Shown here piece after piece: positions 53,195-64,000 of a stretch of DNA of 64,000 bases (the stretch's first letter is position 1; the number at the start of each line of letters is the position of its first letter). The translations under genes and the position numbers were made by a program. This stretch comes from Eledone cirrhosa (taxonomy: Eukaryota): contig OZ024744.1 in NCBI GenBank assembly GCA_964016885.1, forward strand, positions 60,202,001-60,266,000, read 5' to 3'. The notes below the pieces were generated by a model. It searched no databases and was not told the origin of the DNA. It saw nothing but the letters and a program-made list of their open reading frames with translations.

Positions 53195-56100
53195 TCTAAT
53201 ATATATTTGTGAAATGGGTGGTGGTTGAAATTCAGTTGTGCACGGTTAAATGGTAGTAAACGTGGTCGGACGGACATGAAAATTTACACACCTATGTAAA
53301 AAGTGCCAAGGAAGCAAATAGATGAGGTTTCAAATCTCTAACTTGAAAAATGTGGTCCCTGGGGCCCCAAAACGGTCTATTTACTATCGCTTTCGGTGAG
53401 TTATTTCCCCCTGTTCTAATACTTGGATGAGTTATTTTCCGTAGTCGCTTTCAATATTCATTGTCTTATTTACAATTTCATACAAATTTTTAAACTCATC
53501 AATTTTTTCATAACATATCAAACATAACGTTCTTTCGCTGTTAACATACAGTACCGTTTTATGAAATCGCTTCTGCAGTACCATTTTACGAAATGCCAAA
53601 CCGAAAACGGTCACTGTTTTCCATCAAAAGAAATAAAACCCTTAAATTGCGAAGAAGGGAGGCGTGTTCTCAGGTACGTTTTTACCGATATCATTTTTAT
53701 TTTTATTCTAATACATGTTAACCACCACTAACAGTAAGTAGTATTTTTCAAAGTCAAATGGTAAGTTTAAAGAATACATGCATGTAAACTTAATGAATGG
53801 GATATATAAGCCGTTTGATTGTCGAGTTAATTAATTCAGTTCTTTTTTAAATATTCATTGTAAACTTAATGAATGGGATCTATAAGCCCTTTGGTTGCCG
53901 AGTTAATTAATTCACTTTTTTTTTAAATATTCATTGTCTTATTTAAAATAACATATCAAAGACAACGTTATTTCACTGTTAATAAACTGTTGCCTTCTAC
54001 AGTACGTTTCATTTTCATTTTTCAAATACAGTTGCTCTATATTAAATTTAAATACTTCTATAACGATCATACAGTACCGTTTTATGAAATCGATTCTGCA
54101 GTAGAATTTTACGAAATGCCAAACCGAAAAAGGTCAGTTTTCTAACAAAAGAAATAAAACCCGTACATTGCGAACCCCCTGTTCTAATACTGGGGTTAGT
54201 TATTTCCCCCTCTTCTAAAACTCCACACTTGCTGCACAACAGCCACCAGAGACCACTCTTACAGCATTTTTAAAGCTTTGCTCTGTCGATGAGTTTGCAC
54301 TTACCCTCTTTTACGTCGAGGTACCAACTTACTTCACTTGGTCGAACAAAATTTGGCATCGCGGCGACAGGGGAAGGCAGTTAAGAATTGGGCAGGTGTA
54401 TTCAAAAGTAATGCCATCGGACGTGTGTACAACGTTCATCCGAAGCAACAGGAATGCTTTTTTTTAGAATGCTGCTCCATCGAATCAAAGGACCCAAGTC
54501 ATTTGCAGACCTCAGACTTTCAGACGGCTACATTTGTTCCACTTACAGGGAGGCTTGCGTGAAGCGCGGGTTACTCGAGGACGATGATCACCTGAACATG
54601 GCATTGACAAAAGCTGCTGAATGTAAAATGCCACGAGAAATGTGTCGTTTGTTTTGCAATATGTTACTGTTCTGCAATGTCGGTGAGCCACTTAAGCTAT
54701 GGGAAACGCATAAGGACAGCATGTCAGAGGACATCCTGCGTAGAGTACGAGCAAGGGTACCAGCGGCTGACTTTCATTACAACGCCAATGTATACAATGA
54801 GGCCTTCATTGACATGGATAAACGTCTAAGATCTGTTGGAGTTGGCGGTGTATTAGAATTCGGTTTGCCACAACCTGTACATAAAGACGGCGCTTTAGAT
54901 GTGGAGTTCATGCTTGAGTTGGATTACAACATCGAGGAATTGACAGATAAGGTTGCTCAAGATGAACCCAGACTTTTGCCTGTGCAGAGACGGGCGTATG
55001 ACAGAATTCTTGCCAGTGTCTTTCAAATGAGGTACGGCTATTTTTCTTGGATGCTCCAGGCGGAACAGGAAAAACCTTTCTCATAAACCTACTGCTTGCG
55101 AAGCTGCGGAAAGACAGGCAGATTGCTTTAGCGGTCGCCTCAAGTGGTATTGCGGCGACACTGTTACATGGCGGTCGTACGGCACACTCCGCATTCCAAT
55201 TGCCTATGGACCTTGTAAAGAGGGAGAATCCTACCTGCAGAATAAATCGTGGAGACTCTAAAGGATACCTTCTTTCTGAGTGCTGTTTAATCATTTGGGA
55301 CGAGGCTACAATGAGTCATAAGGCAACGTTTGAGGCTCTAGACCGAACTTTCAAGGACTTGCGTCGAAATTCACACGTAATGGGTGGAGCGACAGTACTG
55401 ATGGCTGGCGATTTTCGGCAGACTCTTCCTGTAATCACTAGAGGCACTAGAGCTGACGAAGTTAACGCATGCATCAAGTCTTCCTACCTATGGCAGTATG
55501 TCCAGAAACTAAACATGACTACTAACATGAGAGTGCATGTGCATGGCGACGCAGAATCTGAGGATTTATCAAAACAGCTACTGGAAGTTGTTAATGGAAC
55601 TACACCTGGAATCGATGAACAGCACATCCGTCTGCCGTTTGGAAACTTTGTATCAAGCATAGAGGAATTAATGTCATCTGTTTTCCCAGACCTCGAAGCA
55701 CGATTCCTTGATCACAACTGGCTGCAAGGGAGAGCTATTTTAGCACCACATAATGCCACCGTTGACGCAATGAATCAACACCTGCTTGATCAGATTCCAG
55801 GAGGTGAAGTCTCCTTCAAGTCAATTGACACCAACAAAAACGCGGACGACGCCGTCAACTATCCGATTGAATTCCTCAACAGTCAACAACCTCCCGGACT
55901 TCCACCTCATGACCTTAGACTGAAGGTTGGTGTTCCAGTTATGCTGCTAAGAAACGTGAAACCACCAGAACTATGCAACGGGACGCATCTGATCATCAAA
56001 AAAATTGGGACACGAATTCTTACGACAAAAATTCTGAGCGGACCGTCTGCTGGCGGGACAAAGTTATTATCCCCCATAAGCCTTAATCCCTTTGACGTCC

Positions 56101-56541
56101 CATTTGATTTTACGAGACGGAAGTTTCCCGTAAAACTCTGCTTTGCAATGAGTATCAACAAAGCACAGGGACAGTCGCTGCAAGTAGTTGGCCTAAATCT
56201 GACACAGCGGGTATTTACCCACGGTCAACTATACGTCGGGTGCTCACGCGTCAGCAGTCCACACAATCTCTTGTGGTAACCCAGGTAATACCAGGAACGT
56301 TGTCTACAAAGAAGCACTGCAACAACACATTTGAAGCTTCCGCCATTCCTCTTCCGTCGCCACTCAACGTCTCTCAACGCTTTTCACGTCGCTCCACTTC
56401 TCATTGTACGCCGTCCAGCCCCAAGTGCATATTTCTATTTTTTCCCTGATACAGCTTCTTTATAATAAACTTTCAATAATATTTTTCAAATTATTAACTT
56501 AATAAAAAGTGGCCCCGGGTGCAACCGGGCTCAGCTGCTAG
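53195..56541 (+). mobile_element. Helitron with both termini, Rep largely deleted, Pif1 helicase retained
   Basis: A|TC...hairpin-CTAG|T, no TSD; coding remnant about 54230-56320. Confidence 0.96.
54230..56320 (+). pseudogene. Helitron RepHel C-terminal part (PIF1 helicase), frameshifted
   Basis: GPKSFADLR, TYREAC.KRGLL, DAPGGTGKT, ASSGIAATLL.GGRTAHS, IWDE, GDFRQTLP, LCNGT, INKAQGQSL, HGQLYV. Confidence 0.95.
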
Positions 56542-56660
56542 TATACTATATTAAGACCATAGATGAAACCAGTGTGATATGTTACCATGACGTTGACATA
56601 AGAACATCAACAAGTGAAAATATCCGAAAGTAAAAAATAACTGCTTAAAACTTTACTTTT

Positions 56661-56805
56661 CAGTGTATTACTGGTACTTTATTTTATCGACTTCGTAAGG
56701 ATGAAAAGCAAAGTTAACCTCGGCGGGATTTGAACTCAGATTGTAAAGGGACGTAACTATGCTGGAAAGCATGGCGTCCGACCCTCTACCGATACTGCCA
56801 ATCCA
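56661..56805 (-). mobile_element. SINE, same family as 48872-49060
   Basis: Near-identical reverse complement. Confidence 0.9.
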
Positions 56806-57196
56806 AGTGAATTATGAATTGTGAAATGTATAAGACTTCTAGTTAGAAAATCCGTTACAATTCGTTGTCACGTTCGTAATTATGACATTGTCCCTCCCTC
56901 CCCCATTTTGTATGCTGATGTAAAATATGTGGGTATGGTGTGGCGTGCGGTGGCCGGAGGCGGGGGAGCGCTCGACTGGAAGGGTGCTTGGCCGGAAGGG
57001 CCAGCAGAGGGTGCTCTCTAGTGGTGCCTAGCAACGGTGTGAACGCCAGTTTGTGCAGTGCCTAGCAACGGTGTGAACGCCAGTTTGTGCAGCTCCCGGT
57101 GTTAAGCAGTTGGACGCAGGAGGACGAGGAGTAACCAGCAGTGGAGTTAGCGGCGCCTATGAAAAGCGGTAAGTGAGATAGCTTTTTCTAACCACA

Positions 57197-57208
57197 AGCT
57201 ATTTCGGC
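57197..57208 (+). promoter_or_regulatory. Non-canonical PBS candidate AGCTATTTCGGC
   Basis: Abuts the LTR; exact complement of GCCGAAAUAGCU (tRNA-Phe nt 1-12, recalled sequence). Confidence 0.75.
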
Positions 57209-57313
57209 CACTGGAAACAGATCTGATTGAAAAAAAAAGAAAAAAGCTACTGGAAAAACAGAGAGGAGTCTGTTGTTTTTTTTTTTATCACGTACCGCAA
57301 GACAAATCAGAAG

Positions 57314-58075
57314 ATGGCGACAAGACTACGAACAAGCGAAGCTATCAGGGCATTTACCGGGGAAGGTGATGTTGTCGCTTGGCTGCGGAAAGTTCAGCTG
57401 GTCGCAAGCTTGCAGAAGATAGATGTGGCGGCTGGCCTCATGGCACTGTACCTCGAGGGGGGCGCGTTGGTACTCTTCCTTGAGTTGGACGAACACAGCC
57501 AAAGAGATGCGCAAAAGATTGAGAGGCATCTGATAGATGCATTCGCCGAGGGACCGTTGGCCGCTTTTGCTAAGCTGGCGAGAATTAGATGGAATGGTGA
57601 GCGCGTCGACATTTTCGCAGCAGAAATACGGCGATTGGCTATGTTGGCTGGATATCAGGTGGAATGCGAATGCACGGTGCGGTTGGCGTTAATAACTGGA
57701 TTTCCAGACGACATAGCGGTGAAACTGCAGCAAGTCCCTGGTTATAAAGAAATGGAAATGCGTTCGCTGGTGGAACAAGCCCGGATCATAGCGGAAGATG
57801 CCAAAAAGAGTGTTGCGGCGATAGCAACTACAGAGGCTCAAGACAGCTGGCAGCGAAATGGTGAAAGGGAGGCAACCACGGCACGCGGTCGCCCACGAAC
57901 GTTTAGAGGTCGCTGTTTTCGGTGCCAGGGCCCGCACATGGCTAGAGACTGCAGAGAGTCAAGGCCGGAAATAACATGCTACCGGTGTAAGCGACCAGGC
58001 CACATCGCTACTAACTGCGACCAGGGAAACGATCCAAGGGGAACTACTGCGCCGGTAGTTGCCCCTTACGAGTAG
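57314..58075 (+). CDS. gag: Gag with two CCHC zinc knuckles
   Basis: Open frame from MATRLR; CFRCQGPHMARDC and CYRCKRPGHIATNC. Confidence 0.85.
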   Translation: MATRLRTSEAIRAFTGEGDVVAWLRKVQLVASLQKIDVAAGLMALYLEGGALVLFLELDEHSQRDAQKIERHLIDAFAEGPLAAFAKLARIRWNGERVDIFAAEIRRLAMLAGYQVECECTVRLALITGFPDDIAVKLQQVPGYKEMEMRSLVEQARIIAEDAKKSVAAIATTEAQDSWQRNGEREATTARGRPRTFRGRCFRCQGPHMARDCRESRPEITCYRCKRPGHIATNCDQGNDPRGTTAPVVAPYE

Positions 58076-58081
58076 CGGCGC
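58024..58081 (+). promoter_or_regulatory. -1 ribosomal frameshift signal (G GGA AAC plus hairpin/pseudoknot)
   Basis: In-frame slippery heptamer, 5-nt spacer, stem AAGGGGAACTAC/GTAGTTGCCCCTT; pol is in the open -1 frame; conserved at 41873. Confidence 0.8.
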
Positions 58082-60070
58082 TGCCCGTGGTGGAAGTCTT
58101 CGTGAGGGGAAAGCCACAGCGCGCCCTCGTAGACACGGGCTGTACGACGACACTGGTGACCGCGGGGGTGGCGCAGAGGTGGAGAGGGAAGAGCAGCGTA
58201 AGGGCAGTCGACGGCAGGAAAATTGAATGCCGAGGTCGCAGCGAGATGGAAATAGCGGTACGGGGAAGGAAAATAAGGCTTTCTGCCATCGTAGTAGACA
58301 GCGTGGTGGATGGGATCGGCGTGGTTATGGGCATGGACGCAATTGGCCGTCTAGGAGGCGTCACAGTGAACAACATCGGTGTGTCGTTTGGCGCCGCTGC
58401 ATCGGTATGCGCTGTGAGTGCACGACAGGAGAACCAGAATGCCCACGAGGAGAAATACCCCGCTTACACTGTGCAGGACAAAGACTTCAAGGCCGTGTTC
58501 GATGGGCAGCGATGGGTTGTTGAGTGGTACTGGAAGGGAGAACCACCGACACTGAAGACCAAAGTGGGCTGCTATAAACACACATTGAAGGGAAACATTA
58601 GGAGCGAGTTCGAGCGAGAGGTAGAGAGATGGATTGAAGAGGGCATACTGCTTCCCTGGAAGGAGGAGGTGAAGTGCGGAGTATTGGCGTTAATGGCGGT
58701 GGTGCAACCCACGAAGAACAAGGTGAGGCCGGTGCTGGATTTTCGGGAGCTGAACGAGCACGTGTCATGCCACACGGGTGCCGAGGTCACGGATGTCTGT
58801 GGGGGAAACCCTGCGTTAGTGGAGACGCATGACGGGGGGTTCAGCAATCGTAGATCTAAAGTCGGCATACTTGCAATTGCATATAGACGAGAAGCTCTGG
58901 TAGTATCAGCTGGTCAGGTATAAGGGCCGGACATATTGCCTGACCAGGCTCGGTTTCGGGCTGAGCTCCGTACCGAAGATCATGGCGGCGGTCCTCAAGA
59001 CCATTCTGGGAAAGGCCGACAAGATGAAGAGGGCTACTAACTCCTATATTGACGACATCCTAGTGGACGAGTCTGTGGTGTCGGCGGCGGAGGTCACAAG
59101 CCATTTACAGGGGTATGGACTGGCTGCGAAGCCGCCAGAAGCATTGGAGGCAGGAGCCGCGCTGGGACTTAGGCTACGGCGAGACAGGACGGGCGTCTTG
59201 GTATTCCAGAGGGGAAACGAAGTTCCAGAACTGGGCCCAAGTATAAGTAGGCGGGAGCTTTTCTCGGTGTGTGGAAAGCTGGTGGGTCACTACCCGATCG
59301 CTGGGTGGCTCCGGACGGCATGCAGCTATGTCAAGAGACGAGCGGGAGGAGTGACTTGGAGTGACAGAGTGGGAGAGAGGACGGTGGCCATGATGCAGGA
59401 GATCGTGGGGAGGATGAAGGCCGACGACCCAGTGCGGGGACGCTGGTATGTTCCCAAATCACAGAGCGGGACCGTATGGTGCGATGCCAACAGCATAGCG
59501 CTGGGTGTCACGTTGGAGATAGGAGGTGTTGAGGTCGAGGATGCACCCTGGCTTAGGAAGAAGAACGACTACAACCACATCAATGTGGCCTAACTGGACG
59601 CAGTGTTGAGAGAGGTGAACCTCGCCCTGAGGTGGGGGCTGCGCACCATCGAGATACGCACCGACTCGGCTACTGTACTCGGATGGGTAAGATCGGTGCT
59701 CACCAGTGAGAAGAGAGTGCGAACGAGAGGGGCGGCGGAGATGCTGATAAAGCGCCGCCTGGGAACTTTAGGAGAACTGGCCACCGAGTTCGACCTGAGG
59801 CTGAGCGTAGTTTTCGTGCCCTCAGAGAAAAATAGGGCAGACATCTTCATTAGGGTGAAGAAAGCCTGGATGGAAGCGCCGGAGGATGTAGAAGAGGAGA
59901 TAGCTGCCGTGTGTCGGCTGACCGAGTCGGATCTGAAAGGGTTGCATGACATGCACCACATGGGGGTGGATAGGAGCCTGTTCCTAGCCAGGAGAATCGA
60001 CTCGGACGTTAACAGACACAGTGTTCAAAGGGTGGTTAGAGGCTGCGTCCCATGTCAGTCCATTGATCCC
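58081..60070 (+). pseudogene. pol: Pol (PR-RT-RNase H-HHCC), disrupted
   Basis: ALVDTGC, VLDFRELN, YCLTRLGFGL, YIDDILV, WCDA.SIALG, HINVA, TDSATV, HDMHHMG..CVPC. Confidence 0.92.
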
Positions 60071-60609
60071 ATTGATCGCAAAGAAGTCGTAAACCACCAA
60101 CCTGGACAGCAGACTTTCATATGCAGAGGGACGAAGGGGAAATTGGTCCTTGAGATCAGGGGGGCGTGTGGATATGGTGTGGCGTGCGGTGGCCGGAGGC
60201 GGGGGAGCGCTCGACCGGAAGGCTGCTTGGCCGGAAGGGACAGCAGAGGGTGCTCTCTATTGGTGCCTAGCAACGGTGTGAACGCCAGTTTGTGCAGTGC
60301 CTAGCAACGGTGTGTGAACGCCAGTTTGTGCAGCTCCCGGTGTTAAGCAGTTGGACGCAGGCGGACGAGGAGTAACCTACATTGGAGTTAGCGGCGCCTA
60401 TGAAAGGCGGTAAGTGAGATAGCTTTTTCTAACCACAAAATATACTTCTAGCTGTTGGGCGATTCTGTAATGTAGAAATTTCAATCATTCTTCCTGTCTG
60501 TAAATCCATTCAGAAGTAAGTACTCCCGTTAGAAAATAAGTTATGCCTGCCTTTTATTTGTTTTTCCAGTATCTCCCAGGTTGGCTACGCACGTCTGCCT
60601 TCCGGAAGA

Positions 60610-61958
60610 AATGCTTGAACGTAAGGAAGTTGATGTTTGTTGAGTTCAAGTGACCAGGTGGGCAGGTGGGTCTGCTAGATTAATTATGGGCAAGAAACGA
60701 TGCTATAAGCTTTTCTGGATGGGATGTGATAGCGGGCTGGGTGGTGGTGGAATTATGTTAGAGTGAATGACAGGATCATTAAAATAAGATTAGTACTAAA
60801 TAGGACAACTGTATCAATTATCTCTGCTTATGCACCCTAATCTGGATTACCAGACGCTATTAAAGACAGGTTCTATGAGTCGCTAATGCTCACTACCTCC
60901 CAGATACCCACAGTGACTATATAATTATTGCTAGCGACCTTAATGGTCATGTTGGACAACATTGTGATGGAGTCAATGAAGGTTATGGGTTTGGTACTAG
61001 AAAAGAGGAAGGCTTCAGGATCCTGGAATTCTGTGATGCAAATGACCTGACTGTCTGTAACACAAACTTCAAAAAACGTGAGTCATATGATAACTTATAG
61101 ATCAGGGGAACACACCAGCCAGATAGACATTATCCTTACTAAGTCCCTCCCTCGCAAAGAATGCACCTCAACATAACTTAATAGTTAGTGACCTCATACT
61201 CAGGGCCAGACGTACTTGCCGGCAGAGGAATACATTAAGGAGAAGATTATGGAAGTTGAAGAACCCCACAACCAGTAACAAATTTAAAAGCATATTACTC
61301 GATGCTTTTGATAGTAAGGAAGAGCAATTAGAGACATACAATATAGAGGAACAGTGGGAATTCCTGAAAGTTAACCTGTTGAAGGCGACTAATGGAATCT
61401 GTGGCTGGAGCAGACCATTAGGCAGGAGGAGAGTGACATGGTGGTGAAACAGTATGGTGGAGGAGTCAATCAAGGGCAAAAAGCAGGTGTGGAAAGAATG
61501 GGTAGCGAGGAGAGAAGCTAGACAAGTATACAAAGAGGGAAGCAGAGGATAGTAAGTTGAAGCATATTCTACAACGCGAGGTCCAAAGACGTGAGGTGTT
61601 CAGGATTGTGAGGCAGTGTGTCAAGGAGGATTGTGATATTGTCGGGGGCGACGTGTGTCTGTAATGACAATGGTATACTTGCCCTCACTGATAGTGATAA
61701 AAAGGTAGCTTGGAAGTGTCACTATGAGAGAGTACTGAATGTGGAGAATGAATGTAATAAAGATAGTCTGCCCCACATCAATACAATAGAAGGACCAGCT
61801 GTGTAAGTTTATGGTAGTATAGTAAGTAAGGCAATCAGAGATGTGAAGAGAGGCAAGGCAGCTGGGCCATCAGGGAGGTAGTTGCTGAAATGTTGAAGGT
61901 ATCTAGAATGGTAAGACATACTATGGTCACCCGGATAGTAGACCAAGTAATACAGAAT
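60610..61958 (+). mobile_element. RTE LINE fragment, close relative of 16825-18270
   Basis: Colinear high similarity over the APE and linker. Confidence 0.9.
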
Positions 61959-61997
61959 ACATATATATATACATATATACATATTTATATATGTATA

Positions 61998-62490
61998 CTA
62001 CCTGACGTACCCAGCTTCGCCTGGGTAAACAGATAAGAGAAGACAGTATTGGATCTTTGTCTGGTCTACAGTATGAGGCAAGACCGTGTTGTGTGTGTGT
62101 GCTACAAAAACATAAACCGTAAAAAAAATCTTCCAGATACACCAGATTTTTCGTTTTACCATTTGTGTATAGTATATGAAGATTTCTAGATGTTTCCACT
62201 CGTGAACAACCTACATATAACTGTCCATGGATAAAAAACGATTCTCTTGTATTCAATTCTACAACTTTGAAATTCTGAACCTGAGCTTTATGTACGGTTA
62301 TAACAAAACTGACTCTAACAGGGAACTGAAGTCCTTAGAATTTGAATGGCAGCTTGGTAGAGGAAAGGATAAGAGAGTGAATTTGTCAATCTCTTGTGTT
62401 TTTTTCAATACTGGTCTTGCAGTTACCCAGGATTTATAGACTCATTTTTTCAAAAGGTTGGAGGTGATTTACCTCCTCATGAAACTGACA
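61998..62490 (-). mobile_element. Helitron 3' fragment
   Basis: LQFPVRVSF..T..KAQ.Q, HGQLYVGCSRV, TKNLVY; terminal hairpin 62009-62026. Confidence 0.8.
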
Positions 62491-62543
62491 TGTAAATGAC
62501 TGGGCATTTCATACAAATGTGTACCTAAATAAGAAAATATAAT

Positions 62544-62649
62544 TGTTTCTACTTTTGGCACAAGGCCAGCAATTAGCCAGTGTATTACTGGTGCTTTATT
62601 TTATCGACTCCGTAAGGATGAAAGGCAAAGTTAACCTCGGCGGGATTTG
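62544..62649 (-). mobile_element. 5'-truncated SINE with 21-bp TSD
   Basis: TSD ACCTAAATAAGAAAATATAAT at 62523-62543 and 62650-62670. Confidence 0.88.
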
Positions 62650-62689
62650 ACCTAAATAAGAAAATATAATGTCAATTATTTTATGGTCA

Positions 62690-63460
62690 TGCGCCGAGTG
62701 ACCAGGAGACCTGCATGGTTTAAGAATTTCATCAAATCCTATCAGCATTCATCCTCCCGTTCCCCAATACCGCCGCCTCATTCCAAGGGAGCTAACTTGG
62801 ATCTCCCTATCACTCCCCTCCACCGTTGTCATTGGATTCTGTTGAAATTAGTTCTACTCATCCTGTCATCCACCCCACCACTCTCATAACAGCTAGCTTG
62901 CCTCCAACGTCACCTTCTCCCCAACCGAGTCCCACTGCCAGGGGCAACGCTGATCACCCAGTTCCCCCTTCTATCTCTATTGTTAACCTACCCCCCCCCC
63001 CCCCATCTGAACCCTAATTCTAATGTCAACTCCTCAGATGTTGCCAATTCACCACCAAACTTCGCCCTCTGGTCCTGAACCAGTCGTTACCTAAAGACAA
63101 TTGCATGTCACTCCTGCCGCCTAAATTACCACAGGAGCTGTGTTGGCATTACTAAGGTTCAAGCTGAAAGTTTCTCAAACTGGATGTGTAACCAATGTTA
63201 CTTCAGCTCTGATTCCCTTTGCAGGCCTGAAACTAACTCTGACGTTCAGATCTCTGTTGAGGACTTAGACGAGTCCGGGGGGGGGGGGGGGGGGAGGCAG
63301 TGGCAAAGTTAAAACTCATCAACAGGATCCCAAAGGGAACTCGGTTCAGTTTCACTCGTACTCTCTCCAAGCTGCTGAAGAACGTCTGCCTATCCAACAT
63401 CTTAGATTGGCAGAAACTATTCTTGTTTCCCTTAGTATCTCTCCATGTGCCCAACATGAA
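62690..63460 (+). mobile_element. CRE-like 5' fragment with PHD finger
   Basis: IACHSCRLNYHRSCVG..WMCNQC, then RIPKGTR...DWQKLFLF, matching the CRE N-terminal RIPRAAR...DWERLFYF. Confidence 0.7.
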
Positions 63461-63807
63461 ATATAACTGAGTAGGTTATAATCCTATGAGGTAAATTATT
63501 TAGTTCAAAAGAAGGGAAATAATTACCGATGTCAAATTTATCAATTTAACAATCTTACTTAAGTAAATATATGAATAGAAGAGACTATAAATACATTGTA
63601 TAACTATTTTAGAGAGTAAAGATGTATGCATTATAGCCAAATTTATCAATTTATATTAAATTTAATTTATTTAGATACAACCTAAATTTAAAATAGATGA
63701 AAAATTGTAACGGAGGAAGATTAAAACGGAGAAAAATAACAGGGAAAAATTAGTTAACTTATTTTGTCATATAATCTAGATTTTTTAAATAAAGATAACA
63801 AAATCAC

Positions 63808-64000
63808 TTAACCCTTTAGCATTCAAACCGGCTGTATCCAGCCAGAATTCTCTCGCCTCTTTCTGTTCAAACTGGCTGTAAATGACTACTCATACTTATG
63901 ATAAGGTATTCTTCTCAAAATAAATATCATCAAAATCTCATAGATTGATATTATGTGAGATAATTATGTGAAATAAAGTGTTTACCATGAAAATACAATA
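63808..64000. mobile_element. Possible piggyBac-type MITE end
   Basis: TTAA|CCCTTTAGCATT; no partner end in the window. Confidence 0.4.

Larger units (their letters stand above)
56928..60437 (+). mobile_element. LTR retrotransposon B (same lineage as A), 5-bp TSD AAATA, integrase core deleted
   Basis: LTRs 56928-57196 and 60167-60437; intact gag; PR, RT, RH, HHCC, then a deletion junction at about 60070. Confidence 0.96.

Noticed and set aside
55047-56279. Host PIF1 helicase gene
   Set aside because: Intronless, frameshifted and bounded by Helitron TC/CTAG termini

Overview
AT-rich eukaryotic (animal) DNA full of (TA)n/(CA)n/(GA)n microsatellites. The repeat families look mollusc/cephalopod-like (inference, not verified). 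I find no supportable host gene. The window is an almost continuous, nested set of decayed transposons: two Ty3/Gypsy elements (one full-length), two complete copies of an unusual LTR-retrotransposon lineage, about ten Penelope-like (GIY-YIG) fragments with hammerhead-like motifs, five CRE-like non-LTR elements, RTE and Tx1/L1 LINEs, several Helitrons and tRNA-type SINEs. Best lead: the LTR elements at 40768-44535 and 56928-60437 have no TGG primer-binding site. Instead, a conserved 12-mer abuts the 5' LTR and is complementary to the first 12 nt (5' end) of tRNA-Phe, suggesting non-canonical priming. Other leads are a roughly 3:1 strand bias of the TEs (piRNA-cluster-like), a double-ended Helitron derivative, and PHD fingers in the CRE and RTE elements. 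Boundaries of degraded fragments are approximate.
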